Shown here one piece after another: positions 1 through 11,020 of a stretch of 64,000 nt of DNA (its first letter is position 1; each line of letters opens with the position of its first letter). A program made the translations under genes and the position numbers. The notes below the pieces were generated by a model that was not told the origin of the DNA, ran no database searches, and saw nothing but the letters and a program-made list of their open reading frames with translations. Source of the DNA: Octopus sinensis (lineage: Eukaryota); NCBI RefSeq assembly GCF_006345805.1, contig NC_042997.1, positions 167,028,001 through 167,092,000 of the forward strand, in the 5' to 3' direction.

Positions 1-310
1 GAAACCGAAACATTTCCAAATATTTTTCACTCCCACCTGTGTTCCCTCAAAAACATAACCTATGGAATTAGATTAAATGTTACTGGGTTCGGTGTTCTCA
101 TTGTATTTTATTCAATGATTGACAATGTGTTTATTTCGGTTGCGTTCGTCATCTTTAACAGGCGCGGTTAATTGTACATGTAGAGCTGACCTTTAACTTT
201 AATATAATAAGTGTTTGTAGTTAAAGGATTTATGCTTATTGTTATTAACTCGAATCGGGTTGGTTTATACACATTGCTTACAGTCGTAGAATCTGCGCAA
301 TTCAAGATGT

Positions 311-360
<50 letters not shown>

Positions 361-375
361 CACACACACACACAA

Positions 376-431
<56 letters not shown>

Positions 432-580
432 CACAACATAAATTCAAATTTAAATACATTATGATAATCTTTTAAAAATAATGATAAAGGGTCCAGCAAA
501 CATAATCCATGCCTTACATGCATACATATAATGTAGGTGGCCAATTACCAATTAAATCTAAAGGCATATATATATATATA

Positions 581-624
<44 letters not shown>

Positions 625-629
<5 letters not shown>

Positions 630-799
630 AGGGCACATAATAGTGCCAGCATTACTAGAAAAAAGAGTCAGAAATGACTTAATTAGCCACAGATCTTTGT
701 CGCTTCCTCTCTTTCGTCAACTTAAGATAGTGTTTTGTGGCTAACTGAGTCATTAATGAATATTGTTTCTGGCAATGCTGGTACTAATTTCTACCCTTA
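625..799. mobile_element. Fold-back insert in (TA)n made of two inverted, diverged element ends
   Basis: TAGTGCCAGCATTACTAGAAA (641-661) vs TTTCTGGCAATGCTGGTACTA (766-786); AATGACTTAATTAGCCACA vs TGTGGCTAACTGAGTCATT; AAGGG/CCCTT termini; TA tracts on both sides. Confidence 0.65.
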
Positions 800-802
800 T
801 AT

Positions 803-856
<54 letters not shown>

Positions 857-929
857 GTGTGTGTGGTGTGTGTGTATGTATGTATGTATGTATGTACGTA
901 TGTATGTATGTATGTATGTAGTATGTATA

Positions 930-1240
930 TCAAAAGTTAGTAGTGTTAGCGGTTGGAATAACCGTCTGAAGGATAAGAATATCCGTTTTATTACCGTATA
1001 AGTTACCTGGGCATACATATGCAGGCATATTACGCTCATAGTATACAGGCGATAACAAGGATTATCGAATTTGAATTAAGCAGAAAATGGAGAAATCTTG
1101 AACAACAACAATTGACTACCATCTGCAGGACATTGGAAGCAGAAACGGCTGTTAGATGAGCCAAAGTTTTGTACCAAAAAAGAATAATCGATGGTAGTCT
1201 ATTGTTGTTAATGAAGATTTCTCCATTTTCTGCTTAATTT
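930..1240 (-). mobile_element. Short non-coding PLE/retrozyme-like insert with inverted end segment
   Basis: Imperfect inverted repeat 1074-1123 vs 1190-1239; motif TCCGTT(TT)ATTACCGTAT...CGATAA shared with the HHR flanks at 43211-43278; embedded in microsatellite. Confidence 0.5.
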
Positions 1241-1304
1241 ATATATATGTATATATATCTATTTTTCTATCCTCCAAGAAATCTAATGCGCTTGGCTTAG
1301 ATTT

Positions 1305-1392
1305 CCCTTGGGGGCTGCCCAGATCGGAGCAATCTCAAGATTAATCAGCCGAAATTGCGAAGATGATCTGGTTCTTGACTGATGACTGAGGG
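1305..1392 (+). ncRNA. Candidate hammerhead ribozyme with reversed strand order (pseudoknotted) and kink-turn
   Basis: CTGATGA 1379-85, GAAA 1351-54, NUH=ATC 1332-34; stem I TCAAGA 1335-40/TCTTGA 1373-78; stem III GCAAT 1329-33/ATTGC 1354-58; stem II GGCTG 1313-17/CAGCC 1346-50; extra helix CCAGATC 1319-25/GATCTGG 1365-71 joined by a k-turn motif. Confidence 0.6.
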
Positions 1393-2079
1393 CTTCGAAT
1401 GACCCGTCCTGTGGTTCTCGTGTCGTCTCCTTGGTGTTTCACGTTCTTGTCCCAGTTTGTATTTATTTTTTACTGTTTACATATATATATATATATATAT
1501 CTGTGTGTGTGTGTATAGTGTGTGTGTCTGGGGGGGACGTGTGCACATGCAAGCATGTCTGCGTATGTATTCATGTAAGTGTGTGTGCTTTGTTGCTGTT
1601 CTTGAGACACAGTTCAGTGACTGAGCAGATTTATGATTACAAAAGCGGTCCAACCATGACAAACCCATCTTTTTTACTTTATACATAGTGCATCAAGGAC
1701 TATATTATACGATTTGTGCTTCCGTTAAATAAAAACGATAGCATATGATTTGAAGATGATTTGGCAAATATTGCCAGCAGGACGAGCTGTTACGAACAGA
1801 CTTTCTTGGATGACGTGAAGAATTTGTGTATGTATATGCGCCAGTCTCTGTGTGCAGTTATGCATGTGCATGTTTATCTTGCTCTGTATCTATGTGTGTG
1901 TATGTGTGCGTGTATCTACTTTATGCGAGATTAAAAAAAAAGCCGAATGTGTTTTGCTATGTGGCTTGAATCATTGTCCCTGCTATGACCTATTTTCACC
2001 ACATAGGTCCATCTACTAACTATATAATGCGGACATGCCTGGCGGTTGCTTTGCTAATCTGTGCAAAACACATCATGAT

Positions 2080-2313
2080 ATATAACACACACACTCACAC
2101 ATATACATATATATATATGCATATATATATATATAAATATATATCTATACACATATATATATACATATATACACACACACACATATATATACACAAATAT
2201 ATACATGTACATGTATATACTTATATATATGCATTTACATATATACATATATGTATATGTATATATATGTATATATATATGTATACATATATATATGCAT
2301 ATATTTATACATG

Positions 2314-2348
<35 letters not shown>

Positions 2349-2385
2349 ACATATACATATACATGCATATATATATGTATAAATA

Positions 2386-2421
<36 letters not shown>

Positions 2422-2840
2422 AATGCTCACACAAATATTCCCACTGTATATTCAAATCAACGACCGAGTTGTATTAATTAATGTTGAAGCTAAACTGCCG
2501 AATATCTTTATCTTACGTAGTACTAGTGTCTTGTGTGAAGAGCATTATGTACATTTCCTGTTATGTAGAAGGCCAGAAGCGTTTTCAATGTTTGTTGCTG
2601 ATTAAACAAGCTTCATGGTGTTTTATTCTTTATTTGTGCAGACAGTGATGTCGTTATTTAGTAAGTCAGAAATAGATCTACGTGGGGGTAAATGACGGGT
2701 GGAGAAATATACTTACAGTTATAAACAAGCTGTACGAGCCTGCGTGCGCGCATACACACACATATATACATGTGTGTGTACATCAATATATATGCATATA
2801 TATATGTATATATGTATGTATCTATATATATATATATATA

Positions 2841-2886
<46 letters not shown>

Positions 2887-2903
2887 CATATATATATATA
2901 TTA

Positions 2904-2938
<35 letters not shown>

Positions 2939-3154
2939 AATATATACATGTGTATATATAGTATGTTTATATATATATAAACACATATATATATATACAT
3001 ACATATATATACTATATGAATACATATGTATATATGAGTGTATCTATTTATCTCTCTCTCTATATATATATGTTTATGCATATATATGTGTGTGTGTTTG
3101 TGTGTGTTTGTGTGTGTGTGTGTGTGTGCGTGCGTGTATGTGTGTGTGTGTGTG
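2080..3154. repeat. Compound (TA)n/(CA)n/(TG)n microsatellite-rich tract with an intervening non-repetitive segment (about 2420-2750)
   Basis: Seen directly; the Y/I/C/V/H/T-rich ORFs here are translations of simple repeats. Confidence 0.9.
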
Positions 3155-3484
3155 TGTTATAAAGCGGTCTTTTGCCACTGTTGTATTTCTCTTTTGATGA
3201 CGATTGTCGCACTGACAGATATTGTTATATTCCGAAGTCGTTGATAGGATGTTTCTGTGTGGCATTGTACAACCCACAGTCGTACAGTATCATTATCCTC
3301 AAAAGGTCGGATTGTTATAACGTCCACTCAATATCACAGTATAATTTATTATATCAGCGAAAACACGACTATCAACATAGTCTACACGTACTCTCCTACT
3401 CTACGTACTCTCCTATTTATAGTGACCCTCATATCATTTGTCACGTGGTTAGGGGTGTACCATTATTACTAATTCCCTACAATA
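3155..3484 (-). repeat. 3' LTR of Gypsy element
   Basis: Aligns along its length with 5757-6069. Confidence 0.85.
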
Positions 3485-3739
3485 GATCTCCTTTTAAGAT
3501 TTTAGTAGGAAGTGTCATTTTATTTAGCAATTATATTTTTATTAATTCCACCTGCCTTTTTGAAGTTTTTAAAATTCGTTTTCAGCAAGAATTCACACTT
3601 CACCTCCACATCAAAGGGAAGCCACTTAAATTTACTGTAAGCCATGATGTGTGCTAATTTTTAACAAATGTGAGAATTTGCGACTAACAAATCGTTCACC
3701 CTTGTTGAAAAATTTTTACAAACTCTTCGTTTGTCATTC

Positions 3740-5684
3740 TTTTTCACGTAAACCGTCGGTGTTGCCCAGTCTGTGTGGTAATTCTTTTCAATTATATCAA
3801 AACTTTCCGTCTTTCCTGTTCTTTGCTAACCTGGTCTGTTGCATTTCTTTTTGGCCTACATACAGGTGTTTCGTGTTCTACTGCAAGTTTTTGTTTTAGT
3901 CCTTCGGCCTCATTTGAACCTTCAACTGAGGCGACTGTATTTTTACACAAAACACTTATAGGTGTATCCTATAAATTAAATAGTTGTATCTACTCTGTGC
4001 CAAATAAATTAAGTGAATATTTTAATACATATATCTTAGCCATTTTAGTTTGACCTCGAAATATTACGTTACATACGTATTCACCGATAAAATATATTTT
4101 CCCCGTAACACCATGTGCTACCTTTTTTTAGATTTAATTAATTTCGGTTTACCGATATGTTTCCATGTTTTTCGTTTATAATAGTGTGTTGCTAACTGTG
4201 ACGAACTTCAATTTTACACTTGTATTTTTAATTTTCACATGTACGAATTTTCTGTTCGTTGCATTACCTTTTTGTTTCGATGACAAACTAATTATTCTTT
4301 TCTTTTGTTCTGACTTTTTGTCATTTTAGTTCTACAGTGCATCTTAATATATCCTATATTACCACAGCGAATAGGCGGCGAGCTAGCAGACACGTTAGCG
4401 CGCAGGGCGAAATGCTTAGCGGTATTTCGTCTGCGTTACGTTGTGAGTTCAAATTCCGCCGAGGTCGACTTTGCCTTTCATCCTTTCGGGGTCGATAAAT
4501 TAAGTACCAGTTACGCACTGGGGTCGATGTAATCGACTTAATACCTATGTCTGTCCTTGTTTGTCCCCTCTGTGTTTAGCCCCTTGTGGGTAATAAAGAA
4601 ATAGGTATTTCGTCTGCGTTACGTTGTGAGTTAAAATTCCGCCGAGGTCGACTTTGCCTTTCATCCTTTCGGGGTCGATAAACAAAGTACCAGTTTCGCA
4701 CTGGGGTCGATGTAATCTCCTTAATCCCTTTGTCTGTCCTTGTTTGTTCCTTTCTATGTTTAGTCCCTTGTGGGTAGTAAAGAAATATATATTACCACAG
4801 CGAAAACACTTAGCTTTTTTTAATGGACAATTTTTCCTCAGGTACATACCATCACATGCAAAACATGGGTTTAAATTCTGATGTTTGTCGTTTTTTTTTT
4901 TAGAAACATATTATCTCTATTCAGACTATTCCACACTGACTTTACTTGGAAACAGTCTTTACGTTCAATTTCCTCTGTGTCGTGTCTTAAGTATCCTTTC
5001 ACATTCTTCAGGTAATTTTTGCAGGGTTACATCCGAGTTTTGCTACAGCTTTCCAAGAATTCTAGTTCTGACTTCTGCGTCCTTTTCGGCAGTTAGTCCC
5101 GGTGTAAAAATCAGGCATTTCCACATATCTGGAGTTAATTTATCCAACTTAAACTGCTCATATTCTCTGTTTACTCTACCAGCATATGTGATAAAGTCTT
5201 CGTTATTGTTTTTCTCTATGTTCAAATACTTCCAACGTCTATTGAACAATAAGCTTTTTTTTACTGAAAATTTTACACAATATATCAATTGTGTTATTAA
5301 AGTTTACGTCCGAAGGTTTTCTTGGGAGTACAAAATTACTGTATCGTTCATGTTCTGTTGGTGCCAGTTTTCTCAAGATTAAGCTAGATTTCATCTCGTC
5401 ACTCCAATCTTTACCTTTAGTTTGGAAGATTTGCTCATATCTTCTGTAGTATGCTCCGAAGATAACTCCTTCGTCAGGTTCGTATTTGAATTCAGTCATT
5501 GAATTCGCGACATAGTCTGGCGGTAACACTTTTTTCTGACTTGTGTAATTTCAGCATTTGTTGTTGTTGCTTCTATTGTTGCTCTTGCAACTGTACCTGT
5601 TGTTGAAGCTGTTTTTGCAATTCGAGCAAGCCTGCCAACAAATTTTCCATACTTTTTCGAATTCTCGTAAAGTTCGTACAACAA
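3740..5684 (-). pseudogene. Frameshifted gag-protease and start of RT of Gypsy element
   Basis: ORFs 5239-5529 (EFKYEPDEGVIFGAYYRRYEQIF...) and 5043-5288 (...KCLIFTPGL...EVRTRILGKL) are gag-like; CPLKKAKCFRCG knuckle near 4800-4860; decayed protease (HGVTGK...NLFG) near 3990-4260; WATPTVYVKK RT start near 3740-3770, then deletion. Confidence 0.8.
4372..4787 (+). mobile_element. Dimeric tRNA-derived Nin/Deu-domain SINE inserted in gag, with 17-bp TSD
   Basis: Head GGCGGCGAGCTAGCAGA...GAGTTCAAATTCC; core GCCTTTCATCCTTTCGGGGTCGATAAATTAAGTACCAG twice; TSD TATATTACCACAGCGAA at 4355-4371 and 4788-4804. Confidence 0.9.
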
Positions 5685-5756
5685 ACTCTGTGAGTTTATT
5701 AACTCCTCTTCGAGATTCTATTAACTCCCCATGAATTGGTTTATCCCCGTCGCCAC

Positions 5757-6063
5757 TGTTATAAAGCGGTATTTTGCCACTGTTGTATCTGTCTTTTGAC
5801 GACAGTTGTCGCTTTGGCAGATATTGTTATAAACCGAAGTCTTCGATAGAATGTTTCTATCTGGCACTGTACGACCCCCAGTCGTACAGTGTTATTATCT
5901 TCAAAAGGTTGGATCGTTATAAGGTCCACTCAGTATCACAGTATAATTACTATATCAGCACAGACACGACTATCAACACAGTCTACACATACTCTCCTGT
6001 TTATAGTGACTAAGTCATACCACTTGTCACGTGGGAGAGGTGTCCCATTATTACTAATTCCTT

Positions 6064-6069
<6 letters not shown>
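5757..6069 (-). repeat. 5' LTR of Gypsy element
   Basis: TGTTATAAAG...TTACAACA, adjacent to the PBS at about 5745-5755. Confidence 0.85.
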
Positions 6070-6116
<47 letters not shown>

Positions 6117-7375
6117 GCGTGATTACACACACACACGCATACACACAAACAATCACGCGATTATATACATATATACATACTTATGCACACTGAGACACTT
6201 ATACAAAATAATTTGATGATGATGAAAATGATGAGTACGACGACAGCGGTGATGATGATTCTTAGGAATATACATCGTTATAACGTAGTTGCAATACAAC
6301 ATATATATGCAGGCATGTTAAGCATGTAGGCCTTTTAAGCAGTATACATTTTTAAAGAATACAAAATGTATATATAGTTTATATAAAAAATAAGAAGGCC
6401 GCAGTAGTGCGACGGAAATTTTTGCATCTCATAGAATAAGTGATAAATGAATTTAACAGATTTTTTGTGGTTTATAAATTGCTAAAACCTCAATTCATTC
6501 GATTTATCCGACTTTACGTAGGTCTCAGTGAACTTATTTGAAAGCATAAAAAGATAATAAACACACCTAAAAACCAATACTGCGCTGGGGAATCAACTAA
6601 AATACATGAGGATTTATTTAAAGACTACTTATTAAAACAAATAAAGTTTTTAATTAGCATTTGTTTCGTGTTACGTCGTTTTTCGAGTTAAGTCGCATGT
6701 CTTAGAACCAGTAACTTGAGGTATGCTTGTATACATGTAAAAAAACCGCCCCTACAGATGATTGAAATAATTCATTACATACATATAAGATAAACATTAT
6801 AAAGCGAGCGAGTCATGTTTCACGAATTTATAGTATTTACTTGATATGTCAGTTTATACAGGATGATAAAATAGATAAAATAACTGCCTGTCATGGCTCG
6901 AAATTACTGCGTTTTAAGAGTTAATCTTATACTTCAAGCTACATTCTCCTCTTGTATCTAACTGCCGTGTTACTGCCAGACAAGAACTCTCCCAACCTTG
7001 GCAAATATTATATACACTCTGACTCGTGACAGTTTTATAAGCAGATGATGTGTGCTCTTAATTTAGGAAGTAAACTGGGTCCGTCTTCTCTAAAGAGTGG
7101 TCAAGAATTTACCTAAGGGACTATGAAACGTACCGTCAGGAGAAACTCGCCGTCGGTGTTTTAGCACAACAATAGTGTAGAAAGAATGTGTTTACATTCT
7201 TATTTAATTCACAGAGAGGTTTTATAATATTTTAATTTATAGACGTTCTCTTTATTTACACCGTGTTGTGCAAACACACTCTTACACACTTTCTCACACA
7301 TACATTCTCATACACACACACACACACACACACACTCACACACACATACACGTACATATATATACATATACATAT

Positions 7376-7536
7376 ATACGACGGGCTTCTTTCAGTTTCC
7401 GTCTACCAAATCCACTCACAAGGCTTTGGTCGGCCCGAGGTTATAGTAGAAGACACTTGCCCAAAGTGCCACGCAGTTGGACTGAACCGGGAACCATGTG
7501 GTTGGTAAACAAGCTACTTACCACACAGTCACTCCT
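7376..7536 (-). mobile_element. tRNA-derived SINE family B (octopus OK/OR-like) 5' part
   Basis: Reverse complement of GGAGTGACTGTGTGGTAAGTAGCTTG...GGTTCAGTCC...TTGGGCAAGTGTCTTCTACTATA; same family as 29320. Confidence 0.8.
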
Positions 7537-7686
7537 TTTGGGATCTGACAACACACCATAAAACTAAACCCTTTATGGACAGGAAACCTAAGGTAATCCT
7601 GTAAACTGGTTTTCCCCATCTTTAATACATACTTCTCTACATCTTTGAGTGTGCTTCTTTTTTCGCAGTTACGTTTTCTTAAAAAT

Positions 7687-7761
<75 letters not shown>

Positions 7762-8992
7762 TTGTGTGTCTGTGTATGTATGTATTTATGTATGGTGGTT
7801 AACATTGAACAAATGAGAAAGATGCGCTCTAATATATGCTTTTGGGGATATGGTATTTTTTATTGAAACAAGCTGAAAATTTGTCTCGCACCTCGAGTTT
7901 CATACAACTCCAATCTTTCGGCGAAACTGTTATGACTCGGTATATATTGTGTATATACATATATGTGTGTATGGGTGTGTGTGTGTGTGTTGATGTATGT
8001 GAGTGGGTCTGGTGCTTGTGTTTGTTATTTTCTTGGTTTTCGTTTATGCTGATTCACTGGAGGCGCGCACATTCACTCATTCACAGAGATAGTGATCAAT
8101 GGAATGACTATGTTCCGTTGCAATGGTGATCACGGTTTTATTACTGATGCTCCTAAGATGTTGCTATAATCAGCAAGTCGCTCCATGAAATATTTACCGT
8201 TAACAGATGACAGAATACCCCATTTCCTGTAATGTGAAAACCAGTGGCAGGAAGCTGAATTTTAAATTAGAACACACGTAGAGGTTGGATAAAATAAAAG
8301 ACGGGATTGTCGTTGCTGGTATGCTTCAAGAATTACAATGATTTATTTTGTTTATCTTAACCGAGTCAACCTTTTGTGGTACGCGAAAACATTAGTTTTG
8401 GATTAACGTCAGCTACAGACTTCAGGCTTTGCGCTTTCCTATTGATTTTAGCATTAATGCGCTGTGCAAATCGGAGTGCAAAATTACTTAGACTAAAGAA
8501 CAGGTCTGGGTCTTTGTGTATTATTCTTTTTTCTCTTGGAACAGACTTCATTTCAGGAAGAGTTATGAATCACTTGACATCAAGAGAGGTATGAAACCGT
8601 ACGCGCCCTTCATTGAGCCATTTATATTGCCTCAACGAAGAATAGTTTTTACCTCAGTTGGTCTAATTATCCGGTGTTTGGAAACCACTGGCAACACTGC
8701 CGATGTTAGATGTAGAGGGTACTAAACAAAAATGCTTGCTATCTGTGTTCAGCTATCTATGGACCAACATGACAGAAGTAAAAAAGCTTGTGGTTCTGTT
8801 GTTCCATCCCATATCAAATTTATTTTTGTATTCTAATTGTCGCCCTTCTTTTGGTTTGATCAAACCCTTTCCCAAAATATTTACCTCCTCCCTATCCAGT
8901 AGTAACAACTGCTTTACAATTTGTATTAGATTATTGTACACGTATGATTTGTAGTTAAGAAATTGCTTCGCAAATATGTGGTATTGGGTTCA

Positions 8993-9979
8993 ATCCAACC
9001 TCACAGTATCTAGGGCAAGTTTCACCTTTTGTAGCCTCAACTCTACGAAATTTCGTAGACAGAGGGTCTGTAGTAGTCAGTCGCAGAGACTGAGAGGTAG
9101 ACTTTGTGGCTAGTTTAGCATATCTTTAACGGACTCTACTCTAAAGCAAACATTAAAAAAAGGCCTCTAGTTTGAAGATAAATTCTTTTCAGCAATGCGA
9201 GGTCTTCGGAAAGGTCATTGGTCGTGGCCTTTTTCTCTTACTACGGCATAAAAAAATCAGCTCTATTCATCTACGAATAATATATCATAGTGACTTTAAG
9301 GCTGGGCAAAAAGGCGTATGGTTTTTATGTCACTTTCAATATAACGAACTGAAAGGTATTGGCGCCAATCGGCTCTGTGGAAAGGTATCTCTAATGCAAG
9401 GCGTCTCCCATATTTCGAATGCATTCATAATGAAAGGCTGCATCTCAGGGTGTGTCTTGAAATACAACGACAAAAACGTGAGAAATAGGAAGGTTCCAGC
9501 TCATTTGATGTAACATAATAGTGTATAGAGGATACACAAAAAACAAATGATTTTAGGCGGTAGTTTATGTTTCTGTAATATAACATGTTATACATTTATG
9601 TAAAAGTAACTTTTTACAAAACTTAGAAATTTTTTTACATAAATTGTAAACGTGTGACAAAATGCAACCAGGCGTATTAAGCGCATAAATATAGGTAATC
9701 TAAACCACGATAAAGACGTTTAGTTTTTACTCAGACTTGTAACTTTTAATTATATAAAAAATATTCAATGATAGCCTGAGTAGATTACAACAAATAATTT
9801 CAGTTAAATTTCTGATTTATAATATGGTATTCGCTACACACATTATCTGAAGAAACCTCTGTAAAATTGTGGCTCACTTTATTTTATTTTAGGCGACAAT
9901 TTGAAAATTGTTTACTCTTGATAGTTACACTAGGGACGCATAAATTAGTGTTGGAAACAACAAAAGTACTTTTTATATA

Positions 9980-10049
<70 letters not shown>

Positions 10050-10367
10050 GCCTTTTTGCCCAGCCTTAAAGTCACTATGATATATATTCGTAGATGAATA
10101 AAGCTGATTTTTTTATGCCGTAGTAAGAGAAAAAGGCCACGACCAATGACCTTTCCGAAGACCTCGCATTGCTGAAAAGAATTTATCTTCAAACTAGAGA
10201 CCTTTTTTGAATGTTTGCTTTAGAGTAGAGTCCGTTAAAGACATGCTAAACTAGCCACAAAGTCTACTTCTCAGTCTCTGCGACTGACTACTACAGACCC
10301 TCTGTCTACGAAATTTCGTAGAGTTGAGGCTACAAAAGGTGAAACTTGCCCTAGATACTGTGAGGTT

Positions 10368-10371
<4 letters not shown>
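8993..10371. repeat. Local ~325-bp inverted duplication (8993-9319 copied to 10046-10371)
   Basis: Near-identical reverse complement with a few substitutions; the second copy sits inside a (TA)n tract. Confidence 0.9.
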
Positions 10372-10423
<52 letters not shown>

Positions 10424-10425
<2 letters not shown>

Positions 10426-10947
10426 TGGCTGCCCCCTCGTTATCGAGTATAGCCATTGCACAAAGCTTAATCGATGTTGTTATCGTGCAATGCCAGTTCA
10501 AGAAGATTTTTTTTTTAAGCGAGGAAAGGCTGTGCACTGAGTCAATCCCACTCACTAAGCAACAACAGCCATAATCCGAAAAAAAGAACAAGTCAACATC
10601 ATCGCTAACCACTGAGCCGCAGGTTTTATGTCGGAGTTATCCCAGTTACCTGAGTTACCTACTCCTAGAAGGATGCTCTAACAAAGGCTAGGAGTCCTTC
10701 ACTCCCAATGGTTTAACTGCGCGATCGGGTATTCAGTCCGATTATTTCTATGTCTCCGCGCATGATATAGCCTTAAGACATTTATTGGATAGCCGCCCAT
10801 TGACGAGTTTTGTTTTTCATCCTGCAGGGTGTCCAATAAACACCCTCCTCACCAAGCAAGCTTGGTGGGGTTGCCGGTTTAGTCGCCGACACCCGGCCAT
10901 GCAACAGGTTGTACTGGCTTACATGTTACCAGTAGCACTTGAAAGCG

Positions 10948-10952
<5 letters not shown>
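10424..10952 (-). mobile_element. Non-autonomous RTE-related element (5'UTR-like plus 3' tail)
   Basis: Minus strand has GGCGACTAAACCGGCAACCCC and GGACTCCTAGCC...GCATCCTTCTAGGAGTAGGTAACTC, resembling RTE 5'UTRs; ends in an RTE-like 3' hairpin at a TA tract; no ORF. Confidence 0.5.

Positions 10953-11020
<68 letters not shown>

Larger units (their letters stand above)
3155..6069 (-). mobile_element. Internally deleted Ty3/Gypsy (Mag-like) LTR retrotransposon
   Basis: Two diverged ~315-330 bp direct LTRs (3155-3484, 5757-6069; TG...CA/TA ends); minus-strand PBS TGGCGACG next to the 5' LTR; PPT-like AAAAGGAGA before the 3' LTR; gag, Zn-knuckle and protease remnants. Confidence 0.9.

Noticed and set aside
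168-3244. Many ORFs rich in Y/I/C/V/H/T (also throughout the window)
   Set aside because: Translations of (TA)n, (CA)n and (CATA)n microsatellites, not proteins.
4374-4460. tRNA genes at SINE heads (many copies)
   Set aside because: A/B boxes belong to SINEs; no complete cloverleaf.
8366-8954. Short non-repetitive ORFs on both strands
   Set aside because: No recognisable domain or consistent exon structure.
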